Part shown: positions 10,868 through 18,346 of the stretch, piece after piece | Layout: the number at the start of each line of letters is the position of its first letter | How positions within the stretch are numbered: position 1 is the stretch's first letter | Source: Thermoplasmata archaeon | GTDB lineage: Archaea; Thermoplasmatota; Thermoplasmata; Lutacidiplasmatales; UBA184 | DNA: 64,000 nt | Direction of reading: 5' to 3' | NCBI GenBank assembly: GCA_021817605.1 | Contig: JAKAUN010000002.1 | Coordinates: 3,676-67,675, forward strand | Program-made: the position numbers and the translations under genes | Notes under the pieces: generated by a model | Told to the model about the DNA's origin: nothing | The model's input: only the letters and a program-made list of their open reading frames with translations | Database searches by the model: none

Positions 10868-10876
10868 CTATTTAAC
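10868..10876 (-). promoter_or_regulatory. Putative TATA box (minus strand GTTAAATAG) for the creatininase-uvrA-uvrC operon
   Basis: AT-rich TAAATAG element centred about 25 bp upstream of GTG 10847. This is consistent with a leaderless or short-leader transcript. Confidence 0.45.
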
Positions 10877-11156
10877 GCGGGGCGAGAGGTAGGGAAACGG
10901 TCTCCCGCGTCGTGGCGCGGGGGGACCTTTTGGGCGAGCGCCGCGTTGCGTTCGGCTTCGCTCCCCGTCGGGGCGCGAGGCGCTCCCGGGACCCCTCGGG
11001 GCGGTCCGGAGCCTCGGGCGGACTCCCCCGCACCCTGACGGCGGCCCGGAGGCCGTGAACCCCCGGGACGGGGAGGCGAGGCGGCACCGGCCCCGACAGC
11101 CACGAGCTCCTGTCGCCGTCGCCCCGTGCTCCCCGGCGAGGGAGGGCGGAGAGCCG

Positions 11157-13607
11157 CTAAGGAGGCGTGGCCACGGGCCCGGAGCCTTCGGGAGCCGCGG
11201 GTGACGGGCTCCCACCGGTCCGTGGTCGGGACCGACCGCCGGTGGCCCGTTTGCCCGACGGGGCCTTGCGGGGGGCCTTCTTCGTCGAACCTGCGGCGCG
11301 GGAGGTCTTGCTCCGCTTCTCCTGGGCGGGCTCCTTCTTGCGGGACGGGCACTCCGGGTTGATGCACAGGGTCCAGGGGGGCCGACCGGCCTCGATGGCG
11401 GTGACGACCGGCGCCTTGCAGACCGGGCAGGGCGGCTGGTCCTTGAGGAGCTTGCCGCGCTGGGGAAGCGGATAGGTGACGCGGCACTCCGGATAGCCCG
11501 AGCAGCCGACGAACCGCTTGCCGGCGAACGAGTAGCGGATCTGCAACGGATGCCCCGAGCTCGGGCAGGTGCCGATGCGGAACGCCTTCTGGTTCTCGGC
11601 GCACTCCGGATTGATGCAGTAGAGCTCGGGCCGCTGGCCGCGGAAGGTGATCTTCACCCGCGGGACCTGGCAGGCCGCGCAGAGGAACTCCGGCGCGGGC
11701 TCGACGAATCCGGCCGGCGGCAGCGAATAGCTCACGGTGCAGGAGGCCGGGTTGTTCGAGCACTGCACCCAGCGCGACCCGCGCGGGCTCCTTCCCAGGC
11801 GGAGAGCGCCGCCGCAGCGAGCGCACGGTCCGACGAAGTGCTGCGCGTCCAGCGCGCCGGTGAGGGTCGCCCGTACCCCCTCGGAGTTCTTCGCGAGGAG
11901 CTCGTAGGCATCCCGAAGCATCTCGCGGGAGTCGGCAAGCACGTCCGACTTCGCCTTCTTCGTCTCGGCGACCAGCTCCATCTCCTCCTCGAGGCGGTGG
12001 GTCATCTCCGGCCGGGTGATGAGAGGCGCATGGGCACGGAGCGCCTCGGTGACCGCGATCCCCGTCGACGTCGGCTCGAGCTGGCGCGCGCTCACGTAGT
12101 GGCGGTCGAAGAGCTTCTGCAGGACGTCGTGACGGGTGCTCTTCGTCCCGAGCCCGAGGCGCTCCATCTCCTGGATGAGGGAGCCCTGCGTGTAGCGACG
12201 CGGAGGCTTGGTCTGCTCCTCCCGTAGTTCGACCGCGTCCAGCACCACCGTCTCGCCGACGGCGAGGGCAGGCATCGGGCTCTCGTCCGGCTGGGAATAC
12301 GGGTAGATCCGGTACCAGCCGGGGTCGGTAAGGCGATGGCCCTTCCCCTCGAACCGCTCCCCGCGTACGTCGACCGCCACGGTGCGGCTCCAGCCCAGAG
12401 CGTCCGGGCCCAGCGTCGCGAGGAACCGCCGCACGACGAGCTCGTAGAGCTGGGCGGCCTCCGGCTTGAGCTTCTTCGGGTCGATGGCCGCGGTCGGGTA
12501 GATCGGAGGGTGGTCGGTCGTCTCCGTCCTACCCCGCGTGGCCCTAAACGTCGGCTGGGAGAGGACGAGTTCGGCGGCGGAGGCGAACGGGGTCTCCTTG
12601 AACTTCTCGGCGAGCGTCCTGAGCCCGAGGCCGCGCGGGTAGACGGTGTTGTCCGTCCTCGGGTAGCTGATGATCCCCTGGGTGTAGAGGTCCTCGGCGA
12701 TCCGCATCACCCGCGCCGCCCCGAGACCGAGACGGGTCGCCTCCGCGACGAAGAGGGTCGTGGAGAACGGCACCGGCGGCCGACGTCGGGTCTCCTCCTC
12801 GGAGAACTCTCGGACGCTCCCGTCCCTTGCGTCCCGGACGCGGGCGAAGACCGCTTCGGCCTCCTCCTTCTTCTCCCAGATGCCGTGGGCGTGGTGGAGG
12901 GTGAACGCCTCCTCGCCTTTCGAGGCGCGGGCGACCAGCTCCCAGTAGGGGGTCGGCTCGAACTCCTTGATCGACTGGTCGCGTTCCACGAGCAGCGCGA
13001 GGGTCGGGGTCTGCACCCGTCCCACGGAAAGGAACCCTCGGCCCTGCGTGCCGGCGGTGAGGGAGAGGTAGCGGGTGAGCAGCGCTCCCCAGACGAGATC
13101 GATCTCCTGCCGGGACTCCGCCGCCTCGGCGAGAGCTCGGTCGACCTCGACCAGCTGGGTGAAGCTCCGCTCGATCTCGTCGCGCGTGAGCGCGCTGTAG
13201 CGCGCGCGCTTCACGTCGATCCCGGGGTGGATCTCCTGGAGGAGGGTGAGCGCCTCGAGGCCGATGAGCTCGCCCTCGCGGTCGAAGTCGGTCGCGATGA
13301 TGACCCGATCGAACTCTCGCACGATCTCCTGGAGCGCCCCGACGATCGCCGGCTCGGTCACCCGCTTCTCGGGGGCGGCGTCCAAAAGCCGGGGGAGGCC
13401 CGCGAGGCTCCACTGGGAGTGCTCTTCGGGGTAGTCGAGCTCGACGATATGCCCGCGAAGCCCGACCACGGCGTAGGGCCCCTCGCTCCGCTGGAACCGG
13501 AACACCGGGGTCCCGCGCACGCGCGCGCGCTCCATCCGGCCGTCGGAGAGGACGATGGCGATCCGCAGGGCCGTGCTGAACTTCTCGGTGACGACGAGGG
13601 TGCGCAT
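11157..13607 (-). CDS. topA: DNA topoisomerase I (type IA) with C-terminal zinc ribbons and a Lys/Arg-rich tail
   Basis: 816 aa. It has a Toprim N-terminus (MRTLVVTEKFSTA), an active-site region (ISYPRTDN) and several CxxC...CxxC zinc ribbons. It ends in KKEPAQEKRSKTSRAAGSTKKAPRKAPSGKR. Confidence 0.93.
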   Translation of the reverse strand: MRTLVVTEKFSTALRIAIVLSDGRMERARVRGTPVFRFQRSEGPYAVVGLRGHIVELDYPEEHSQWSLAGLPRLLDAAPEKRVTEPAIVGALQEIVREFDRVIIATDFDREGELIGLEALTLLQEIHPGIDVKRARYSALTRDEIERSFTQLVEVDRALAEAAESRQEIDLVWGALLTRYLSLTAGTQGRGFLSVGRVQTPTLALLVERDQSIKEFEPTPYWELVARASKGEEAFTLHHAHGIWEKKEEAEAVFARVRDARDGSVREFSEEETRRRPPVPFSTTLFVAEATRLGLGAARVMRIAEDLYTQGIISYPRTDNTVYPRGLGLRTLAEKFKETPFASAAELVLSQPTFRATRGRTETTDHPPIYPTAAIDPKKLKPEAAQLYELVVRRFLATLGPDALGWSRTVAVDVRGERFEGKGHRLTDPGWYRIYPYSQPDESPMPALAVGETVVLDAVELREEQTKPPRRYTQGSLIQEMERLGLGTKSTRHDVLQKLFDRHYVSARQLEPTSTGIAVTEALRAHAPLITRPEMTHRLEEEMELVAETKKAKSDVLADSREMLRDAYELLAKNSEGVRATLTGALDAQHFVGPCARCGGALRLGRSPRGSRWVQCSNNPASCTVSYSLPPAGFVEPAPEFLCAACQVPRVKITFRGQRPELYCINPECAENQKAFRIGTCPSSGHPLQIRYSFAGKRFVGCSGYPECRVTYPLPQRGKLLKDQPPCPVCKAPVVTAIEAGRPPWTLCINPECPSRKKEPAQEKRSKTSRAAGSTKKAPRKAPSGKRATGGRSRPRTGGSPSPAAPEGSGPVATPP

Positions 13608-13767
13608 CGGGGGACGTAGAGAGGAGGAAGGGGTTAGATAAGGTATCAGGCGACCCGATGCCCTGCCGGCGGCCCGAACGCGGGCGCGCGCGTTCGTCCT
13701 TGGGCGACGGGGCTCGGAGCCCCCTCGCCGTTGTGGCCACGACGCCGGGCCGGTCGGGTTGGCACGC

Positions 13768-13774
13768 TTTATAC
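13768..13774 (+). promoter_or_regulatory. Putative TATA box (TTTATAC) for tRNA-Phe
   Basis: Centred about 28 bp upstream of the mature tRNA 5' end at 13799, the canonical archaeal spacing. Confidence 0.55.
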
Positions 13775-13798
13775 TGGGCTCGTGGTCGGGGCCACCGC

Positions 13799-13872
13799 GC
13801 CGCGGTAACTCAGTTTGGGAGAGTGCAAGACTGAAGATCTTGAAGCCGCCGGTTCAAGCCCGGCCCGCGGCA
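13799..13872 (+). tRNA. tRNA-Phe (anticodon GAA)
   Basis: Hand-folded cloverleaf: acceptor GCCGCGG/CCGCGGC, D-stem ACTC/GAGT, anticodon stem CAAGA/TCTTG with loop CTGAAGA, T-arm GCCGG-TTCAAGC-CCGGC, discriminator A. No encoded CCA and no intron. Confidence 0.93.
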
Positions 13873-13953
13873 TCCCCTTCGGCCCGGTAGCTCGCGAGAT
13901 CCCCTGAGAGAGGCCGACCGGAGACGGCCGGTCGGCCGGGGCGATCGGCCTGG

Positions 13954-14487
13954 CTACCGGTGCGTTTGGTCGGGAACGAACCAGACGTCCGTGATGCGGT
14001 ACTTCGGGCGGTCGGTGAACCGCGCGACGACGGGCATCCCGACGTAGATCTCCGGCTCGGTGCAGTCCTTGAGGCGGCCGAGAAGGAGGCTGCCGACCTT
14101 GTCGAACTCCACCAGGGCGAGGTTGTACGGCGTCTCGGAAAGGAACGCCTCGCTCCCGAAGTGGCAGGTGGTCCAGGAGTGGACCCGGCCGCTCTTGGGC
14201 AGCTCGAACCAGTCGGTCGGCTCCCCGCATACCATGCAGTTCGACCGCGGCGTGGCGTAGCGGAAGCCGCAGCTCCCCGACGTACAGCGCGAGCCGAGCA
14301 GCTTGCCCTCGGCCAGGCCGAGGAAGAACGGCGAGTCCTCGGCGTAGCTGTGGATGTACTCGATGGCGTAGGGATCGCGGATGACCAGGTTCTCGGAGCC
14401 CTGGGCGTCGCGGAAGATCGCCGAGCCGCTTCGTCCGAGCTCGGACTGGACGTCGCGGAACTTGTCGAAGGCGAGAGGTCGGGGCAT
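13954..14487 (-). CDS. DUF35 OB-fold / zinc-ribbon protein (thiolase-associated)
   Basis: Internal ATG at 14487, in frame with ORF 13954..15948. It carries a rubredoxin-like CTSGSCGFRYATPRSNCMVCG followed by an OB-fold region. It lies 2 bp downstream of the thiolase-like gene. Confidence 0.8.
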   Translation of the reverse strand: MPRPLAFDKFRDVQSELGRSGSAIFRDAQGSENLVIRDPYAIEYIHSYAEDSPFFLGLAEGKLLGSRCTSGSCGFRYATPRSNCMVCGEPTDWFELPKSGRVHSWTTCHFGSEAFLSETPYNLALVEFDKVGSLLLGRLKDCTEPEIYVGMPVVARFTDRPKYRITDVWFVPDQTHR

Positions 14488-14489
14488 GG

Positions 14490-15911
14490 TCAGAACCCCC
14501 GCTCGAGGATCGAGACGGTCACCGACGAGCCGGTACCGGCGTGGCTGTGGATGGCTCCGCGCTTGGCCCCGGCGATCTGGAGCGTGCCGTCGCCGAAGTG
14601 CTTGTCCACCGTCCCTTGCAGCTGCCAGAGCGCGAAGACGGCCTGCATGAGCCCCGTGGCGCCGACCGGGTGCCCGCAGGCGATGAGCCCGCCGGAAGGG
14701 TTCACGGGGATCGTCCCGGCCTTGGGCACCTCGAGCCCGTAGTCGAGCCCCTTGAGGAACGGCGCTCCGGAGAGGGTGAAGTCGTAGCCTTCGCCGTAAC
14801 GGCAGAGCCCGAGGTCCTCGTAGGTCTGGATCTCGCTCGAGGCGTAGGCGTCGTGCAGCTCGACAAAGTCGAGCTCCTTGATCGGGTTGACGATCCCCGC
14901 CATCCGGTAGGCCTCGAGGCCCGCCGCGCGCCCCGCGCGGAAGGAATGCACACCGGGATAGGAGAGCCCGGCATAGTCGTTCTCGGTCTCGTGGGGGAAC
15001 CGCGGCACCTTGCCGAACGGTCGGTCGGCGAGACGCATCGTGTCGGTGCCGCAGCCGACCCCCGTGACCCGGACCGGGTGATCGGTGAACTCGCGGGCCC
15101 GCGACTCGTCGCAGAGGACCGCGACCGCGGCCCCGTCCGACATCGTGCAGATCTGCTCGCGGGTGAGCGGATAGCTGATCATCTCCGAGGCGAGGACGTC
15201 CTCGACGGTGAGCCGCTTCGGATACTGGGCGTAGGGGTTGTACAGGGCGTTGAGGTGGTTCTTCACCGAGACCCAGCTCATGATCCGCTGGCCCTCGGCG
15301 ATCGCGCGGCGCTGCGCCTCGCGCTCGTCGGTGATCCCGGCGAACTTGCCCCGGCGCAGGTACTCGTAGATGTGCCGGACGACCATGAGCGCGTAGTAGC
15401 CGGTGTAGAAGCCGCCGAGGGGGAAGTCGAAGTTCGTGTCGGAGGCGAGGGCGATGAACTCGTTGCCCTTCCAGGTCGCCACCCGGCTCATCGTCTCGTA
15501 GCCGGCAGCGAGGCAGACGTCCATCCGTCCGCTCGCCACGGCCTCGTAGGCGGCCTGGAAGCACTCGCCGCCGGTCGCTCCGCCCCACTCGATACGGACC
15601 GAACCCTTCGGGTTGAGCCCGAGGTAGTCCTGGACCATGCTCGCCGCCTTGAGCTGCCGGGAGAAATGGTCGGAGAAGTAGGAGATCCGCGAGCCGTCGA
15701 TCCGGTCCCTCGTCAGGTTCGGGGTGTCCTTGAGGGCGTAGTCGTAGGCTTTCTTCACCATCAGGCGGAAGTCCATCCCCGGATGGGCCTTGGCGAACTT
15801 CGTCACCCCGCCCGTAACGAGGTAGACCTTCCTCCCGGTCGACGCATGGGGACTTTCCGGATCGCGCCGCGACTCGGGGCGACGCTCCGGCGATGACGCT
15901 GTGGCGGACAT
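14490..15911 (-). CDS. Thiolase-fold protein, SCP-x / nonspecific lipid-transfer-type thiolase-like
   Basis: 473 aa. Sequence reads KVYLVTGGVTKF...GGATGGECFQAAYEAVASGRMDVCLAAGYE...NPSGGLIACGHPVGATG, a thiolase C-terminal signature. Confidence 0.83.
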   Translation of the reverse strand: MSATASSPERRPESRRDPESPHASTGRKVYLVTGGVTKFAKAHPGMDFRLMVKKAYDYALKDTPNLTRDRIDGSRISYFSDHFSRQLKAASMVQDYLGLNPKGSVRIEWGGATGGECFQAAYEAVASGRMDVCLAAGYETMSRVATWKGNEFIALASDTNFDFPLGGFYTGYYALMVVRHIYEYLRRGKFAGITDEREAQRRAIAEGQRIMSWVSVKNHLNALYNPYAQYPKRLTVEDVLASEMISYPLTREQICTMSDGAAVAVLCDESRAREFTDHPVRVTGVGCGTDTMRLADRPFGKVPRFPHETENDYAGLSYPGVHSFRAGRAAGLEAYRMAGIVNPIKELDFVELHDAYASSEIQTYEDLGLCRYGEGYDFTLSGAPFLKGLDYGLEVPKAGTIPVNPSGGLIACGHPVGATGLMQAVFALWQLQGTVDKHFGDGTLQIAGAKRGAIHSHAGTGSSVTVSILERGF

Positions 15912-16013
15912 CTTGACGCTCCGGCGCGCGCAGACGGGTCCCCTTCATAACATGCGCACGGCGCGCTCCCGGCCGGGGCGAGACGTTTTGCCGCGGGGGC
16001 GCTGCCCTCGGCG

Positions 16014-17039
16014 ATGCCCGAGCGTTCCCCGAAACGCGACCTCCTTTCGCTCGCAGATGTCGCGGACGAGCTGCCGGCGCTCCTCGAGCATGCGACGCGG
16101 CTCAAGGCCGAGCGCGCGGGGGGCCGAGCGCGCGCGACCCTGCCGGGGAGGAACCTCGCCATGATCTTCGAAAAGCCGTCGACGCGCACCCGCGCCTCCT
16201 TCGAGGTCGCGATCGGGGACCTGGGAGGCCACGCGCTCTACCTCTCGGCGAACGACCTCCAGCTGGGGCGCGGCGAGACGATTTCCGACACGGCGCGCGT
16301 GCTCTCCCGCTACGTCGACGCGATCACCTACCGCGCCTTCCGCCACGAGAACATGGTGGAGCTCGCCCGTTCGGCGAGCGTCCCGGTCATCAACGCCCTC
16401 GACGACCTCGAGCATCCCTGCCAGATCGTCGCCGATCTCATGACGCTCCGCGAGAGGTGGGACGGAGGTTTCCGTGGCCGTCGCCTCGCCTGGATCGGCG
16501 ACGGCAACAACGTCTGCCACTCGCTGTTGCTCGGGGCGGCGGCGGTCGGGCTCGACCTGGCCGCGGCCATCCCCGAGGACTACCGCCCGCGACCCGAGCT
16601 CTTGAGCGCCGCCCGCACGCTCTCCGACAGGACCGGCGCGACGATCAGCCTCGTCGCCGATCCCCGCGAGGCAGCCCGCGGCGCGGATGCGCTCTACACC
16701 GACGTCTGGGTCTCGATGGGAGACGAGAGCGAGAAGGAAGCGCGCGAGCGCGCCTTTCGCGGCTACCAGATCAACGCCGAGCTGCTCGGTCTTGCCCGAC
16801 CCGAGGCGTTCGTGCTCCACGACCTCCCCGCCCATCGGGGGCAGGAGATCACCGACGAGGTGCTGGACGGGCCCCGTTCCGCCGCGTGGGACCAGGCCGA
16901 GAACCGTCTCCACGCCCAGAAAGCGATCCTCGAGACGCTCCTTCTCCCCAGGTCGGCCCAGGTCTCCCCCCGAGGGTCCGACCCCGGCCCGGCCACCCCG
17001 TCCCGCCGACGGGGCGGGACCGAGCGGGCAGCGCGCTAG
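16014..17039 (+). CDS. argF: Ornithine carbamoyltransferase (atypical HDLP instead of HCLP)
   Basis: FEKPSTRTRASFE (carbamoyl-phosphate site), HPCQ and DVWVSMGDE (DxxxSMG ornithine motif) are present. The usual HCLPAHRG motif reads LHDLPAHRGQE. There is a roughly 30-aa C-terminal extension. Confidence 0.85.
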   Translation: MPERSPKRDLLSLADVADELPALLEHATRLKAERAGGRARATLPGRNLAMIFEKPSTRTRASFEVAIGDLGGHALYLSANDLQLGRGETISDTARVLSRYVDAITYRAFRHENMVELARSASVPVINALDDLEHPCQIVADLMTLRERWDGGFRGRRLAWIGDGNNVCHSLLLGAAAVGLDLAAAIPEDYRPRPELLSAARTLSDRTGATISLVADPREAARGADALYTDVWVSMGDESEKEARERAFRGYQINAELLGLARPEAFVLHDLPAHRGQEITDEVLDGPRSAAWDQAENRLHAQKAILETLLLPRSAQVSPRGSDPGPATPSRRRGGTERAAR

Positions 17040-17048
17040 CCCGGCGGT

Positions 17049-17498
17049 CTATTCCGACGCGGCTCCCGCTTCCGCGCGCAGGCGGACCTTGAGAAGACGC
17101 TCGAGCTTGCGCACGAGCTCGTCCGGCGGGTGGATGCCCCCGGTCTCGACCTTGAGGACGACCGACTTCTTCTCGTTGAGACGCTTGCCGAGCTCCTCGG
17201 GGGTCCAGCCGAGGCCCTCGCGTGCCAGGCGGACCCGGCGGCCCCAGTCGGGGGCGAGCTCGAGCTCGCCGATCTCCGTGTAGAGGTCCCGCTCCTCGAG
17301 CCGACGCGGTCCGGCCGAGGCGCGCGTCGCCCCGACGGCCGGGCGGGGGCCGGAGCTCGTCGCCGCCGCGGCCGTCGCGGGGGGCGGATCGAGCGGGGTC
17401 CCGAACTTGGCGCACTCGGCGCAGAGCGAGAGCACCGAGCGCTCGATGCGCACCCGGCTCGTCGCCTCGACCTCTTTGCCGCACATCTCGCAGAGCAT
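17049..17498 (-). CDS. mbf1: Archaeal multiprotein-bridging factor 1 (Zn-ribbon + HTH)
   Basis: N-terminal CEMCGKEV...CAECAKFG zinc ribbon and a C-terminal cro/C1-type HTH (LGWTPEELGKRLNEKKSVVLKVETG). Confidence 0.8.
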   Translation of the reverse strand: MLCEMCGKEVEATSRVRIERSVLSLCAECAKFGTPLDPPPATAAAATSSGPRPAVGATRASAGPRRLEERDLYTEIGELELAPDWGRRVRLAREGLGWTPEELGKRLNEKKSVVLKVETGGIHPPDELVRKLERLLKVRLRAEAGAASE

Positions 17499-17987
17499 CT
17501 ACGGAACCTCCCCGCGCCGACGGGAGCGGCGCCGCTCCTCGGTCCTCCGTCGCCCCTCCTCGAACATGGCGCGCTCCTCCTCCGTGAGGGGGTGAAGCGG
17601 CGGAACCGCGGTCGGGCGGCCGTCCCGGTCGACCGCCACCATCGTGACGAACGCGTCGCCGACCTTGCGGACCGGCCCACCCTCGACCGCGCGCGAGGAG
17701 ATGCGCACCACCACTTCCATCGAGGTCCGGCCGGCGAACGTGAGCTCGCCGGAGAAGTCGACGACCTCGCCGACGTGCACCGGAGCGAGGAAATCGACAC
17801 GGTCGAAGGACGCCGTCACGCACGTCCGCTGGGCATGGCGGCTCGCCGCGACGTAGGCGACCCGGTCGACCTCGGCGAGGATCACCCCGCCGAAGACGTT
17901 CCCCATGAAGTTCGCGTCGCTCGGGACCATGAGACGAACGACCGACGCGCGGCTGGCGGCTACGGTTCCCGCGGACGGTTCGCTCAA
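17499..17987 (-). CDS. Acyl-CoA thioesterase (hotdog fold, YciA/Acot-like)
   Basis: MVPSDANFMGNVFGGVILAEVDRVAYVAA...FLAPVHVGE is typical of hotdog thioesterases. TTG start. It abuts the mbf1 start. Confidence 0.78.
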   Translation of the reverse strand: MSEPSAGTVAASRASVVRLMVPSDANFMGNVFGGVILAEVDRVAYVAASRHAQRTCVTASFDRVDFLAPVHVGEVVDFSGELTFAGRTSMEVVVRISSRAVEGGPVRKVGDAFVTMVAVDRDGRPTAVPPLHPLTEEERAMFEEGRRRTEERRRSRRRGEVP

Positions 17988-18346
17988 CGACCCAGATCAC
18001 CCCGGCTTCGGGCAGGGCTCCTCAACGGTCCCCCGCTAAAATTGTTTCCGCGGGACCGGGGGCTTCCCGAACGGACCGCCACGACGACGGCCTCGGAGCG
18101 GCGCGGCCTGGGCGTGGGACGGACACCGCCGGCCCACTCCGAGCCCGAGGGCGAACGCGAGAAGCCCCCGAGCCCGCGCCGGGGCCCCCCGGCGGGAACC
18201 GCCGGAGGACGGGTCGGCCGTCCGGCCGGAATCCGACCCCGTGCCGCGACGGGGCGGGAGAGGGCTCGGGACGTGGGCGCTCTTCTCCGCGCCCGAGCCG
18301 CCGGTCCGAGAGACCGCCGCGCTCCCGGTGAGCCTCCTGGTGACTG

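Noticed and set aside
10877-11156. SRP (7S) RNA in the topA-downstream spacer.
   Set aside because: It contains GUGAACC and many helices. It lacks the helix-8 hallmark (GGAA tetraloop followed by AGCAGC and the conserved asymmetric loop) on either strand.
13799-13953. tRNA-Phe as an integration site for a mobile element.
   Set aside because: There is no integrase, no direct repeat of the tRNA 3' end and no compositional break downstream. The next genes are ordinary metabolic genes.
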